Notes: generated from the sequence alone by a model not told the origin. Shown: positions 35,649 through 46,379, counted from the first letter of the stretch. The stretch: DNA of 64,000 nucleotides from Verrucomicrobiota bacterium (GCA_027622665.1 JAQBYT010000008.1:71382-135381), one strand, 5' to 3'. Translations and numbers: made by a program.

Positions 35649-37214
35649 ATGAGTAATCAAGAGACCGCACCTAACATGAAGCTCTTTTGGGGATGCTTCA
35701 TCGCACTAATTACCACAGCTTTTGCTTTTATCACGAGGGCTTTCCTTGTGAACGACCCATCGTTTTGGCAGGCTACGTTTGCCTTGGATCAAGTTCAGGC
35801 TGGTGAATTGTTCGGTGCTGGAATTTGGCCGTTTGCCATAAGCATTATTATCTTTAGCCTGATTATCGACAATGTCGGTTACAGAGCGGCCATGCTCTTC
35901 AGTTTCGTTTGTTATGCCCTTTATGCGGTTTTTGCATTCCATGCGTACGGCATCGTAAATGCCGAGGGACTTGAAGGAGAAAGCCTGAAGGCCGCTCAAG
36001 CGAATGCATACAACTACTTGTACTGGGGTTCCGTAATTCTGGGACTGGGTAATGGTACGGTTGAGGCATTCATTAATCCGGTAGTTGCCACCATGTTCAA
36101 CAAGGACAAAACCAAATGGCTCAACATTCTCCACGCAGGATGGCCCGGCGGACTTGTTCTTGGGGGCGTTTTGACGATACTCTTGGGTGCGCAAGCCGCG
36201 GAAGATTGGCGAATATTGATCTACCTCATCGCCATACCCGCAGTCATTTATCTGGTTATGCTTTTCAAGGCGGAATTCCCGGTCAATGAGCGTGTTTCAG
36301 CAGGTACGAGTTACATTGAGATGTTGGCGGAGTTTGGCGCAATTGGTGCATTGATCGCCTCTTTCCTCATTTTCAATCAACTTGGAATGGTATTTAGTTG
36401 GGGTGGAGGTGTTGTGTACGGCTTAACGGCAGTAGCGACAGTGGCCTATGGATTTTATTGCAAGTCACTGGGACGGCCAATACTGATTTTCCTGTGCATT
36501 ATCATGATGCCTCTTGCTACAACCGAATTGGGAACAGATGGTGTGATTTCCGGTTTGATGGAAGAACCGATGAAAGCAGCAGGTCAACATCCTCTTTGGG
36601 TGTTGATTTACACCTCTGCAATAATGATGGTTCTTCGATTCTGGTTTGCTGGTCCGATCATCAAGAAACTAACACCTTTAGGTCTTCTGGCAACGTCCGC
36701 TGCTCTTGCCATTCTAGGACTATACCTGCTCAGTTCCGCCAAGGGCTTGGCTGTCATCTTCGCCTGCGCCACCCTTTATGGCATCGGCAAAACCTTTTTC
36801 TGGCCAACTATGCTGGGGGTCGTCTCGGAGCAATGCCCAAAGGGCGGAGCTCTGACGCTCAACGCCATCGCAGGAATTGGTATGCTGACTGTCGGTATTC
36901 TTGGCGGACCCGTAATCGGCAAGATGACGGAGGACTCCATCAAATCTAAAATAGATTCGGCCGACCCCGCTACCTATGAGAAAATCTCCAAGTCCGATTC
37001 TTACTTCTTGGGGGAATATACCGCAGTAGATAGCAAAAAGGTTGCCGAACTTCCTGAGACTGAGAAAAAGGCAGTCGGAGAACAAATGAAAGAGGGTAAG
37101 CAGGGGGCTCTTGCCAGAGTTGCGATCTTCCCTGTCTTCATGCTAGCATGCTATTTGGGCTTAATCTACTACTTCAAGAGAAGAGGTGGATATAAGCCTG
37201 TTGAGTTGGGCTAG
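35649..37214 (+). CDS. MFS transporter (probable sugar permease)
   Basis: Multi-TM; GNGTVEAFINPVVAT, LHAGWPGG, TELGTD, FFWPTMLG; adjacent to a Gfo/Idh/MocA gene. Confidence 0.88.
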   Translation: MSNQETAPNMKLFWGCFIALITTAFAFITRAFLVNDPSFWQATFALDQVQAGELFGAGIWPFAISIIIFSLIIDNVGYRAAMLFSFVCYALYAVFAFHAYGIVNAEGLEGESLKAAQANAYNYLYWGSVILGLGNGTVEAFINPVVATMFNKDKTKWLNILHAGWPGGLVLGGVLTILLGAQAAEDWRILIYLIAIPAVIYLVMLFKAEFPVNERVSAGTSYIEMLAEFGAIGALIASFLIFNQLGMVFSWGGGVVYGLTAVATVAYGFYCKSLGRPILIFLCIIMMPLATTELGTDGVISGLMEEPMKAAGQHPLWVLIYTSAIMMVLRFWFAGPIIKKLTPLGLLATSAALAILGLYLLSSAKGLAVIFACATLYGIGKTFFWPTMLGVVSEQCPKGGALTLNAIAGIGMLTVGILGGPVIGKMTEDSIKSKIDSADPATYEKISKSDSYFLGEYTAVDSKKVAELPETEKKAVGEQMKEGKQGALARVAIFPVFMLACYLGLIYYFKRRGGYKPVELG

Positions 37215-37305
37215 TTCATTCTCTCGGTTTTGACCTCAGAGGGGGTAAATCCTATTTTAGGGACAACCTTTCTGTACAGCTAAACCTAAGCAAGTTTCAC
37301 GTATT

Positions 37306-38472
37306 ATGGCTAATAAAAAACCTCTTCGTATCGGTCTCATCGGATATGGCTTCATGGGCCGTACTCACTCCAATGCCTTCCGAAAGGTTTCCAACTTCTT
37401 CGATCTAAAGCATGAACCTCAGCTAGCTGCTGTTTGCGCTAGGAACAAGGATCGAGCGGAAGCCTTTGCTGACCAGTGGGGATACGAATCCGTGGAAACC
37501 GATTGGCGAAAACTAATCGAGAGGGACGATATAGACGTCATTGACATTGCTGCGCCAAACAATGTCCATCATGAGATTGCTATCGCGGCTGCTCAAGCGG
37601 GCAAAGCTATTCTCTGTGAAAAGCCACTAGCTCTGGACTGCAAGGAAGGCGAGGCAATGGTTAGAGCGGTCGAGAAAGCCGGAGTGCCGAACATGGTTTG
37701 GTATAATTATCGTCGAGTTCCCGCAGTAACCTTAGCAAAGAATCTTATCGACGAAGGTCGCCTTGGTAAAATTTATCACTATCGGGCCAACTTTCTTCAG
37801 GACTGGACAATCGACGCCGACCTTCCCCAAGGTGGCGAAGGCCTCTGGCGCCTAGACGCCAAAGTGGCCGGTTCCGGCGTCACAGGCGATCTCCTCGCCC
37901 ACTGCATAGACACCGCCATTTGGCTCAACGGGCCCATTGTTGAAGTCTCCGCCATGACAGAGACTTTCGTTAAGGAAAGGATTCACAGTGCAACTGGTAA
38001 GAAGCAAAAAGTGACCATTGATGACGCCTGCGCTTTCCTCGCCAAGTTCGCCAACGGTTCACTGGCCATATTCGAGTCCACTCGTTACGCACGAGGGCAT
38101 AAAGCCCTCTACACCTTTGAGATCAACGGAGCCGACGGTTCCCTCGCCTGGGATCTCCAAGATCTGCACCGGCTCGACTACTACGAGTACGACAAGGAGG
38201 ACAAGCAAACCCGCGGTTGGCGCTCCATTCACGTCACCGACGGCGACCACCCCTACATGGACAAGTGGTGGGTACCCGGGCTAAACATCGGTTACGAGCA
38301 CACCTTCATCAATCAGTTCGCAGATTTCGTGGAAGGTCTCAGTTCTCGCAAGAAGCGCCCACTTCGACCAGATTTTCGGGACGCTCTCGAAACCCAGTAC
38401 ATCTGTGAAGCCGTACTGGACTCGGGGAAAACCGGTCGTTGGAAAAAAGTAGGAGCGATCAAGGCGAAGTAA
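37306..38472 (+). CDS. Gfo/Idh/MocA family oxidoreductase
   Basis: [32 protein letters not shown]. Confidence 0.93.
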   Translation: MANKKPLRIGLIGYGFMGRTHSNAFRKVSNFFDLKHEPQLAAVCARNKDRAEAFADQWGYESVETDWRKLIERDDIDVIDIAAPNNVHHEIAIAAAQAGKAILCEKPLALDCKEGEAMVRAVEKAGVPNMVWYNYRRVPAVTLAKNLIDEGRLGKIYHYRANFLQDWTIDADLPQGGEGLWRLDAKVAGSGVTGDLLAHCIDTAIWLNGPIVEVSAMTETFVKERIHSATGKKQKVTIDDACAFLAKFANGSLAIFESTRYARGHKALYTFEINGADGSLAWDLQDLHRLDYYEYDKEDKQTRGWRSIHVTDGDHPYMDKWWVPGLNIGYEHTFINQFADFVEGLSSRKKRPLRPDFRDALETQYICEAVLDSGKTGRWKKVGAIKAK

Positions 38473-38505
38473 ACGCGCCTTACTTTTGGTCTAAAAACGG
38501 TTTTC

Positions 38506-39117
38506 CTAGTTCAAGGAAAGTCGTTCTCGAAGAGAATCCATCAGTTTGCCCAAGGCTCGAGCTCGATGGCTAATTTTAGCTTTCTCATCGGAAGATATTT
38601 CAGCAAAAGTGTTTGAACTTTCCTTTGGAAGAAAAAGGGGATCGTAGCCAAAACCGCCCGAACCTCTGTATTCTCGAAGAAGAGTGCCTTCGCATGTCCC
38701 GGAAAAAGTTTTGCACAGTCCTTCGCCCACAAGCGCGAGGACACAACGGAACCGACAATCTCTTTCCCCATCGGGGACTTCCGTCATATCGCTGAGCACT
38801 TTTTCATTATTTGCCTTATCGTTGCAGGTATCGCCGGCGTAACGGGCCGAAAGAATGCCCGGTTGTCCATCAAGGTGATCGATCTCTATCCCGCTATCGT
38901 CGGCTAGGTAGAGAGCCTCCTCGGGACCTTGCGGACGAAGGGCTTCGGCCTTGAGGATTGCATTTGCCTCAAAGGTGTCTCCCGTTTCATCGACCTCGGG
39001 CATCCCGCCAATAAGATCTGCGGAACAAACCTCGCAACCATCAAGCCCTGCTTGTTGAAGAGCAATTCGCAATTCACTGAGTTTGTGTTGGTTTCCGGAA
39101 GCGAGATAGATTTTCAT
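38506..39117 (-). CDS. rdgB: Non-canonical purine NTP pyrophosphatase (Ham1 family)
   Basis: ASGNQHK, TFEANAILKA, ADDSG, SARYAG, GFGYDPLF, ISHRARA. Confidence 0.95.
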   Translation of the reverse strand: MKIYLASGNQHKLSELRIALQQAGLDGCEVCSADLIGGMPEVDETGDTFEANAILKAEALRPQGPEEALYLADDSGIEIDHLDGQPGILSARYAGDTCNDKANNEKVLSDMTEVPDGERDCRFRCVLALVGEGLCKTFSGTCEGTLLREYRGSGGFGYDPLFLPKESSNTFAEISSDEKAKISHRARALGKLMDSLRERLSLN

Positions 39118-39133
39118 AAAAAGTGGATGTTTC

Positions 39134-40243
39134 TCAATTTGAGAAGTTCAAAAATCCGCGAGTTAAGGAATCTTTTCCCAGTTTTGTGAATTGAACTTTT
39201 TCAGTAAGTGGAAAGTCCGAAAGTGGGGGAACCTGAACTGCACCGGCATTTGGAAAGGCTTTGGGTGATTGATACCAAAACAAATAGTCGACGGCTTTTT
39301 CTCTTAGCATTTGACGAGCAACTTTGGCTCCACCCTCAAAATAGACGCCCGTGAGGTCCTCGTCGGCTAGAGTCTCTCGAAGCTTAGAGTAGGAAAAACT
39401 TCCCCTGGAATCCAATGGTAGTTCGCGAATAGTGACACCTGCATCGATGAGACGAGTACGACGGAGATCGGTATCCGAGCTAGCTTTATCGGTAACGACA
39501 AGGGTACGTTCACTAAAGTTATCCGAATACACCTTTGGCAATATTCCTGTTTCTGGAACGGAGGACAGTTTCCCGTCGAGGATGATGCGGCGAGGGCACC
39601 AGGTTACGCTGGCCAAACGTGCGGTGAGACTCGGATTGTCCGCGACCACGGTTCCAGCCCCAATTGCAATTGCCGGAAAAAGCCTGCGCCAACGCATGAC
39701 GTCGGCGCGGGCCTCTTCACCTGTAATTACACTAGTTTCCCCATGCTGTTCCGCGATCTTGCCGTCCTTGGTTACAGCAAGCTTCAGGGCAAAAAAGGGC
39801 CGATTATGAACGATTTGATAATTAAAGATAAGGTTCAGATCCGAACAGCTTTCGGCGAGCGATCCTTCGGTCTCGCATACTTCGATACCGGCTTCACGGA
39901 GTTTGTCCAAACCTCGCCCGGCATGGACGGGATTGGGATCAAGTGCTCCAACCATGACTCGTCTGACGCCTCTTTTGACAATGGCTTCCACACAGGAACC
40001 TGTCCGGCCGCTTGTGGAACAAGGTTCCAAGGTGACGTAAAGAACGGCATCGGAGCTCGGTGGTCTGCCAAGGTTCTCGAGAGCTACGATTTCAGCATGC
40101 CGATCACCTACCCGAGCATGGTATCCTTCCGATACGATTTCGTCATCTTCGACGATTACTGCACCTACCATCGGGTTAGGATGTGTTTCACCCCAAGCTT
40201 TCTTGGCAAGTTCAAGAGCGCGTCCTAGATATCGTTCGTCCAT
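39134..40243 (-). CDS. ribD: Riboflavin biosynthesis deaminase/reductase
   Basis: PNPMVGA, HAE, TLEPC...C, DNPSLTAR, EGG; start could extend to 40264. Confidence 0.94.
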   Translation of the reverse strand: MDERYLGRALELAKKAWGETHPNPMVGAVIVEDDEIVSEGYHARVGDRHAEIVALENLGRPPSSDAVLYVTLEPCSTSGRTGSCVEAIVKRGVRRVMVGALDPNPVHAGRGLDKLREAGIEVCETEGSLAESCSDLNLIFNYQIVHNRPFFALKLAVTKDGKIAEQHGETSVITGEEARADVMRWRRLFPAIAIGAGTVVADNPSLTARLASVTWCPRRIILDGKLSSVPETGILPKVYSDNFSERTLVVTDKASSDTDLRRTRLIDAGVTIRELPLDSRGSFSYSKLRETLADEDLTGVYFEGGAKVARQMLREKAVDYLFWYQSPKAFPNAGAVQVPPLSDFPLTEKVQFTKLGKDSLTRGFLNFSN

Positions 40244-40333
40244 ACCTGTTATAGGGGGGGGCACCGATTCGGGTAGGTGCTGTCGAGATGATTACAGGAT
40301 GTATCGACGGTTTCAGCTAACGCCTCAAAGGCT

Positions 40334-41122
40334 TTAGCCACGAGTAAGCTGAATGCCTACGGGACAATGGTCGGAGCCATGAATTTCGGGTAGGATGAAG
40401 GCGTCTCGAAGTGAGGGGCAAAGATCTTCCGATGTGACAAAGTAGTCTAATCGCCATCCCACATTGCGAGTGCGGGCTCCGGCACGATAAGACCACCACG
40501 AATAGGCGTCCGATACCTCGGGATGAAAATGGCGAAAAGTATCGAGGAACCCGTCTTGAATAAGCTTGGATATACCCTCCCGTTCTTCATCCGTGAATCC
40601 TGCGTTCGTCCTGTTCGTCCTAGGATTGGCCAAATCTATTTCCATGTGAGCGACGTTTAAATCCCCGCAAAGAATAACCGGTTTCGTTTTCCGAAGTTCT
40701 AGGAGGTAGGATCGGAGGGCGGGATCCCAAGATTGATGTCGATACTCGAGCCGAGACAGATCGCTCTTAGAATTGGGGACATAGGTGTTCACTAGGTGGA
40801 AACCATCAAATTCGCAGGTAATGATGCGACCCTCTCCCGAATGCGAACCATCCCCCGGGATGTCGATGGATACGGACAGTGGTTTCTCCTTAGCGAAAAT
40901 GGCAGTACCCGAATAACCGGGTTTCTCAGCCAAGTGATAACGACGGAAAGCATACCCGAAGTCATCCTCCGGAATGCAACTCGGATTAAGCTTCACTTCC
41001 TGAAGGCAGACGATGTCGGGGTTGCGCTTGCGAATAAATTCGTCAAAGCCTTTTTTCCGACAAGCTCGAAGACCATTCACGTTCCAGGATATCAGTTCAA
41101 TAGTGGATGCAACGATAGACAT
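40334..41122 (-). CDS. xth: Exodeoxyribonuclease III / AP endonuclease
   Basis: SWNVNGLRA, CLQE, GYSG, GDLNVAH, GWRLDY, GSDHCP. Confidence 0.95.
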   Translation of the reverse strand: MSIVASTIELISWNVNGLRACRKKGFDEFIRKRNPDIVCLQEVKLNPSCIPEDDFGYAFRRYHLAEKPGYSGTAIFAKEKPLSVSIDIPGDGSHSGEGRIITCEFDGFHLVNTYVPNSKSDLSRLEYRHQSWDPALRSYLLELRKTKPVILCGDLNVAHMEIDLANPRTNRTNAGFTDEEREGISKLIQDGFLDTFRHFHPEVSDAYSWWSYRAGARTRNVGWRLDYFVTSEDLCPSLRDAFILPEIHGSDHCPVGIQLTRG

Positions 41123-41218
41123 TTGACAAAAAATATTTAAAGAAAGAGGGTTGGCAAGTTTACTGGAATCGAGTAACCATTTGGTCTTTAAACTACTACT
41201 CTAGCAACAACTGAATTC

Positions 41219-41776
41219 ATGCCATCACCCTCCGACATTCGAAAAGGGCGCGTAATCGTATATCAGACCGCCCCTCATCTTGTCCTTGAAATGTTGCATC
41301 GCACCCAAGGTCGTCAAGCCGGCTTTGTGCAAACCACCTTACGTAATTTAGAAAGCGGTTCTACCACTACGACAAAGTTTCGTTCCACCGACAACGTAGA
41401 GTTTCTTCACACAAGTACCGTAAAGCTCGAATACAGTTATCATGACGTAGATGGCTATCACTTCATGGATACCGAAAGCTATGAGGACACTCTTTTTGGC
41501 GAGGTCCTCATCGGGGCCGACAAACGGTTTTTAGTGGAAGGTAACTCCTACGACGTACTTTTGATAGAAGGGAAAGCCATTCGGTTACAATTACCCGCTT
41601 CCGTTGAGGCCGCGGTGATCGAATCTCCCGATGCAGTACGTGGAGACACGGCCAGCAATGTTCAGAAACCCGTTACCATTGCATCCGGGATGATTGTTCA
41701 AGTCCCTCTATTCATTAAGAAGGATGAAGTCATAAGGGTAAGTACCTCAGATGGTTCTTACCTCGGTCGTGCCTAA
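41219..41776 (+). CDS. efp: Elongation factor P
   Basis: HRTQGRQAGFV (Arg at the tip), YHFMD..YE, VRGDTA, VQVPLFI, YLGRA. Confidence 0.93.
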   Translation: MPSPSDIRKGRVIVYQTAPHLVLEMLHRTQGRQAGFVQTTLRNLESGSTTTTKFRSTDNVEFLHTSTVKLEYSYHDVDGYHFMDTESYEDTLFGEVLIGADKRFLVEGNSYDVLLIEGKAIRLQLPASVEAAVIESPDAVRGDTASNVQKPVTIASGMIVQVPLFIKKDEVIRVSTSDGSYLGRA

Positions 41777-41860
41777 GTTGATTAGCAGTCAACCCTCTAA
41801 GGGGAAGCATTTAGAATCGACAGATAGCAGATACTACTCTTAAAAACTGCAAAATAAAAT

Positions 41861-43195
41861 CTAGGCCACTCGCTCGACCACCAAGGGAGCGGGATTAGGG
41901 CGCTTGGGAGCAAGACGATAAGAAGCCTTGAAGTATTCCATAGCCGCTTCGAGGCGGGCTTCGTCGTTGTAGTGGATTTGCATGAGAGGCTCACCTTGTT
42001 TCATTTGGGTGCCGACCTTGCAAAGTTCAGCCACTCCTGCAGCGCCGTCCAACTTGCCTTTTTCGTCAAAAGCCAGCATGTGTACGCCGCGAGCCAATTG
42101 CCCGGAGTCAATAGTGTGTACATAACCACGTTTGGGTGCTGGAAGCTTTTTGACATATTTGGCCTGAGGAAGCTTTTCGGGGTCGTCGATACAGTCTGTT
42201 TCCCCACCTTGCGCTTCCACCATTTGCTTGAATTTCTCGAGAGCGGAACCGTCTTCCAAATGTTGTCGCACCGTTTGCTTGGCAGAAAGAGTTGAGCCGG
42301 CAACGCCTGCTAGCCGAACAATTTCCATGCCCAATTTCATAACGAGCTCTTGCAAGTCTTCAGGGCCTTCACCTTTAAGCAATTCAATGGCTTCCTTGAT
42401 TTCGAGGGCAGTGCCCACGCAATTACCTAGAGGCTGATTGGCATCGGTCACAAGAGCGACACAACGCCTTTTCAAAGATCGACCCACACGGGTAAGGGAT
42501 CGGGCAAGCTGCTTGGCATCCTCGGGGTTTTTGATAAAGGAACCTTTTCCCCATTTGACGTCTACCACAACCCCCTCTGCGCCAGAAGCGAGTTTGCGAC
42601 TCATGGCTCCTGCCGTAATGAAAGGTATGGAAGGTATCGCTCCAATTTTCTTTCTAAGTGTATAGAGAAGAGACTCGACAGGTGAAATTTCCTTGTGACG
42701 TTCAACGAAGATACAACCGATTTTTCTCACTTGTGCACCGAACTCGTCGATATTACAGGATGTCTTGACCTTAGGAATGGACGATAACTTATCCAACCCG
42801 GAGATGAGAAACTCCTCGTCGATTCCATTCATCATGGGCATGGCAACCCCGGCAGCTGCAGCCAGAGGACCGAGAACCAATGAGGTCTTGTCTCCTACTC
42901 CTCCCGTGGAATATTTCTCGATTTTCGGACGAGACACGTCGGAGAGCTCGACGACCTCTCCCGAAAGCATCATTTCCTCGGCAAACGTAGCTGTTTCCTG
43001 AGCAGACATCCCTTGGAAATAGACCGCCATGACCCACGCAGCCTGCTGGAACTCAGGCATTTCATCGTCGAGAATCGAATCAACCAAGAAACGGATTTCG
43101 TCTTCGGAGAACTCTCCTCCGTCCCGTTTTTTCTCGATTAAGTAGGTAAAGGACGGTTTGGTGTTTTTTCGAGAATGTTGACTTGCCTTAGACAT
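41861..43195 (-). CDS. Thymidine/pyrimidine-nucleoside phosphorylase homologue with divergent active site
   Basis: IEKKRDG, STGGVGDKTSL, DVKWGKGSF, NQPLG, FKQMVEAQGG; key motifs altered (see findings). Confidence 0.88.
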   Translation of the reverse strand: MSKASQHSRKNTKPSFTYLIEKKRDGGEFSEDEIRFLVDSILDDEMPEFQQAAWVMAVYFQGMSAQETATFAEEMMLSGEVVELSDVSRPKIEKYSTGGVGDKTSLVLGPLAAAAGVAMPMMNGIDEEFLISGLDKLSSIPKVKTSCNIDEFGAQVRKIGCIFVERHKEISPVESLLYTLRKKIGAIPSIPFITAGAMSRKLASGAEGVVVDVKWGKGSFIKNPEDAKQLARSLTRVGRSLKRRCVALVTDANQPLGNCVGTALEIKEAIELLKGEGPEDLQELVMKLGMEIVRLAGVAGSTLSAKQTVRQHLEDGSALEKFKQMVEAQGGETDCIDDPEKLPQAKYVKKLPAPKRGYVHTIDSGQLARGVHMLAFDEKGKLDGAAGVAELCKVGTQMKQGEPLMQIHYNDEARLEAAMEYFKASYRLAPKRPNPAPLVVERVA

Positions 43196-43349
43196 ATGAG
43201 AAGCCTCCAGAGACTAGGTCTTATTTGTTTCGTGGGTAGTTACAAGGTCTTATTTACTAATCGATTATGATGCAGAATGTCGAGCTTTTTTTTGCTGATT
43301 GAAAAGACCGCTTGACGCTTTCCCTCTCAGGCGTTGGATAGCCGACCAC

Positions 43350-45098
43350 ATGCAAATTAGCTACGATTTGACCGGGGTGCTTGAGCGCACCCTTCGCGAA
43401 ACCGCTTCTCGTACCGATGGATTCGACGAGAACTTCTCTCCAGAAATACGCCCTGCCGACCTTCGTTTCGGTGATTATCAAGCCAATGGAGTCCTTCCCT
43501 TTGCCAAGAAGCATGGCTTGAATCCCAGAGAAATGGCCGAAAGGCTGATGGAGGCACTGGGAAAGGACGAATCACTGGATGTAGATATTGCAGGCCCGGG
43601 TTTTCTGAATTTCCGCTTTACTCCGGCCTTTCGGTTGGCATGGATGCAAAAGTATTCAAGCATTAACGATTTCCGCGAGGCTTTCCAAGTAGGTCGTAAG
43701 CCCTTTCGGGTGGTGGTCGATTTCTCCTCCCCGAATACCGCGAAACAGATGCATGTGGGGCATATCCGATCTACAATAATAGGCGACGTCATTGCCCGCC
43801 TCCTTGATTTTGGTGGAAACGAAGTGACGCGAGACAATCACATCGGTGACTGGGGCACGCAATTCGGCATTCTCATCCTTGCAATAAAACGATCAAAAGC
43901 CGATCTCGACGATCTCGACGCAGACGGCATTTCCAAGCTTGAAGATCTATATCGCGAGGGAAACCAGTTGATCAGCGAAGACGAATCCTTACGCAAGGAA
44001 GCTCGTTCCGAACTCGTTAAGCTTCAGCAAGGGGAAAAGGAAAACTTGGCGATATGGGAAAAAGTGAATGCGATAAGCTTAGCCTCTTTTTCCAAGGTGT
44101 ACGATAGGCTTGGCATCCGTTTCGACACAATCCTTGGTGAAAGTTTCTACCGGGACAAAGTGGATGCCGTCTACGAGGGATTAACCAAACACGCCATTTG
44201 CGAGAAAAGCGAAGGGGCGATGGTCGTCTTCCACCAGGAACACAAGCGTTTCGCCAAGCAACCATTCATTGTGCGGAAGTCCGACGGGGCCAGCAACTAC
44301 GCCACCACTGATCTCGCTACCGTGTGCTATCGCACGGACGAACTGGGTGCCGAGGAGGTCGTTTACATAACGGACGGTCGCCAGCAAGACCACTTTTCTC
44401 AACTGTTTCTCACCACTGAAAAGTGGTTTGCCGCCGAGGGAAAGACGGTGCCACGCCTTCGTCACGTGTGGTTCGGCACAATCCTAGGCGAAGACAACAA
44501 GGCCATCAAAACACGGGAGGGACAACCCGTAAAACTTATCGATCTTCTCGACGAAGCTATTTCTCGGGCAAAGGTTATCGTTAGGCAGAAGAATCCCGAA
44601 CTCGACGAAATCGAGATGGACAAACGCAGCCGAATCATTGGTTTAGGCGCCGTTCGCTACGCCGATCTCTCCCAGGATCGTACGCTCGACTATGTTTTTT
44701 CATGGGACAAGTTGCTTGCCCTTCAGGGTAATACCGCACCATACCTCCAATATGCCGTTGCCCGCATCCGAAGCATCTTTCGTAAATTGGAAATGGAACC
44801 CGAATCCGGCGAGGAGGATGCTTCCGCTCCCGTCACCGAGTCTGAAAACGTTCTGGCCCGAAAGTTGATTTATTTTCCTTCTGTTCTCGAACAAACTCAG
44901 CGAGAGCTCAAACCGCATCACCTCTGCGGTTACCTGTACGAACTCGCTACCGACTTCAGTTCTTTCTATAACTCCGACAAAGTGCTGGTCGATGAACCTG
45001 ACGTGCGAGCCCGTCGTACGCTACTATGCGCCAGAACTTTGTTGATTCTGGAAACGGGGATGGACCTGTTGGGGATTGAGACTTTAGCCAAAATGTGA
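43350..45098 (+). CDS. argS: Arginine--tRNA ligase
   Basis: FGDYQAN, AGPGFLN, FSSPNTAKQMHVGH, HIGDWGTQFG, GNTAPYLQYA. Confidence 0.97.
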   Translation: MQISYDLTGVLERTLRETASRTDGFDENFSPEIRPADLRFGDYQANGVLPFAKKHGLNPREMAERLMEALGKDESLDVDIAGPGFLNFRFTPAFRLAWMQKYSSINDFREAFQVGRKPFRVVVDFSSPNTAKQMHVGHIRSTIIGDVIARLLDFGGNEVTRDNHIGDWGTQFGILILAIKRSKADLDDLDADGISKLEDLYREGNQLISEDESLRKEARSELVKLQQGEKENLAIWEKVNAISLASFSKVYDRLGIRFDTILGESFYRDKVDAVYEGLTKHAICEKSEGAMVVFHQEHKRFAKQPFIVRKSDGASNYATTDLATVCYRTDELGAEEVVYITDGRQQDHFSQLFLTTEKWFAAEGKTVPRLRHVWFGTILGEDNKAIKTREGQPVKLIDLLDEAISRAKVIVRQKNPELDEIEMDKRSRIIGLGAVRYADLSQDRTLDYVFSWDKLLALQGNTAPYLQYAVARIRSIFRKLEMEPESGEEDASAPVTESENVLARKLIYFPSVLEQTQRELKPHHLCGYLYELATDFSSFYNSDKVLVDEPDVRARRTLLCARTLLILETGMDLLGIETLAKM

Positions 45099-45142
45099 GG
45101 CGGATTTAGATCCTCCCAAAATCCGATCTCCGAGATTTTTCT

Positions 45143-45718
45143 CTAGTACTCGAAAAATTGGATGGACTGAGCTTCGGAGCTAAACATCTTCCACTTTTGA
45201 CCATCGCGCTTGAGGGTGTGGATGATCGTGACGCGATTGTCGCGGAAAGCGGCGTTACCCGAAATTTTCTGTGTCGCTTGCGTGACTTTAATCCGAGCCT
45301 CGTCCCCACGAACGTCAACAACTTCGGTCTTTTCCAAGGTATACTTGAGGCGAAGTCGGGCGAAAATGTAGCGCATCATGTCACGAGAACTTTCGAAGGT
45401 GGGAGATTCGGGATGTATCGTCGCCATCGCCATCGTCAGATTCCTCTTTGAACAGGCGTACAGGTTGCTCGAAATGACATCCTTTATTTCCTTAGCCGTG
45501 GCGGGGTCGACTTCCGCGGGTTTGTCTTTCGGTTTCCCTCCTGGGGGGGGGAGCTCGGCGCCTGCCGCAGGAAGAATCCCCGCACCCGTGCCGGCGGGAA
45601 CCGTCGTCGTTGGTTTTCCGGGAAGCGGGGAACCAGGCAAGTCCTGTGCCATAAGGTTCGCATCGAAAGCGAAGAACGCTGAGGCAAAGGCGAAAAGTGG
45701 GATTCGCAGAAAATTCAT
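45143..45718 (-). CDS. Secreted protein with Pro-rich linker and NTF2/SnoaL-like domain
   Basis: Signal peptide, PG-rich linker, helix then beta strands (DEARIKVTQ...IIHTLKRDGQKWKM). Confidence 0.7.
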   Translation of the reverse strand: MNFLRIPLFAFASAFFAFDANLMAQDLPGSPLPGKPTTTVPAGTGAGILPAAGAELPPPGGKPKDKPAEVDPATAKEIKDVISSNLYACSKRNLTMAMATIHPESPTFESSRDMMRYIFARLRLKYTLEKTEVVDVRGDEARIKVTQATQKISGNAAFRDNRVTIIHTLKRDGQKWKMFSSEAQSIQFFEY

Positions 45719-45954
45719 ATTTTAATGATACTTGGTCTAGAATTATTGTAAATTCATAAGACACACGAGCGGGCATGGAAAGTCAAGCCTCCCAAGTAAA
45801 AGCTAAGGATCGCAATCTATCGACCTAAAACTGCTATTCGCGTCTTGTTGGAAATATAGTCGTTCAGGTTTTAAGACTGCGAAAACAACGACTTCTTTAG
45901 AAAAGTATAATTTTCGGAGAAGAAGGACAGGGTCTAGCTACGAAATCTAATCGT

Positions 45955-46272
45955 TCAGCTGAATGACTTTCCGCAACCGCAAGTCGATTGAGCATTTGGA
46001 TTGCGAATCTCGAAACCTTTGCCCGCCAAGCCGTCGTCGAAGTGAACCTCGGAGCCACCGAGATAGGACAAACTGTCGGTATCGACGGCAAAAGTAACTC
46101 CGTTGGATTCCTGCACTTTGTCACCATCTTTGAGTTTGTCGAAACTCATTCCGTACTCGAAACCGGAACATCCGCCCGGTTCGACGAAAATACGCAGCAT
46201 TTTTGAAGTATCCCCTGCTTCGACGGTCATTTCACGCAATCGAACTGCGGCTTGGTCGGTTAATGTTATCAT
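45955..46272 (-). CDS. A-type Fe-S cluster carrier (IscA/ErpA/HesB family)
   Basis: MITLTDQA, GGCSGFEY, NPNAQSTCGCGKSF. Confidence 0.95.
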   Translation of the reverse strand: MITLTDQAAVRLREMTVEAGDTSKMLRIFVEPGGCSGFEYGMSFDKLKDGDKVQESNGVTFAVDTDSLSYLGGSEVHFDDGLAGKGFEIRNPNAQSTCGCGKSFS

Positions 46273-46282
46273 GTTTTCATTA

Positions 46283-46313
46283 TTGCATTGAACGCAGGTA
46301 TTAGTCAATGCAA
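46283..46313. promoter_or_regulatory. Inverted repeat upstream of the Fe-S carrier gene (candidate operator)
   Basis: TTGCATTGA-N13-TCAATGCAA, perfect 9-bp arms, about 10 bp from the ATG. Confidence 0.5.
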
Positions 46314-46363
46314 CGCGTAGTGGCTTATTAATACTTGAATTCTGAGGGAAAGAATAACGAGTA

Positions 46364-46379
46364 AGCGTATGTCGTGCCA
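46364..46379 (-). promoter_or_regulatory. Candidate sigma54 -24/-12 promoter
   Basis: Minus strand TGGCACGACATACGCT: perfect TGGCACG, exact GG-N10-GC spacing, TT replaced by AC before GC. Confidence 0.45.

Noticed and set aside
38040..38300. Apparent GC3 shift inside the Gfo/Idh/MocA gene suggesting mosaic recombination
   Set aside because: Visual impression only; the frame is intact and no breakpoints can be defined without computation
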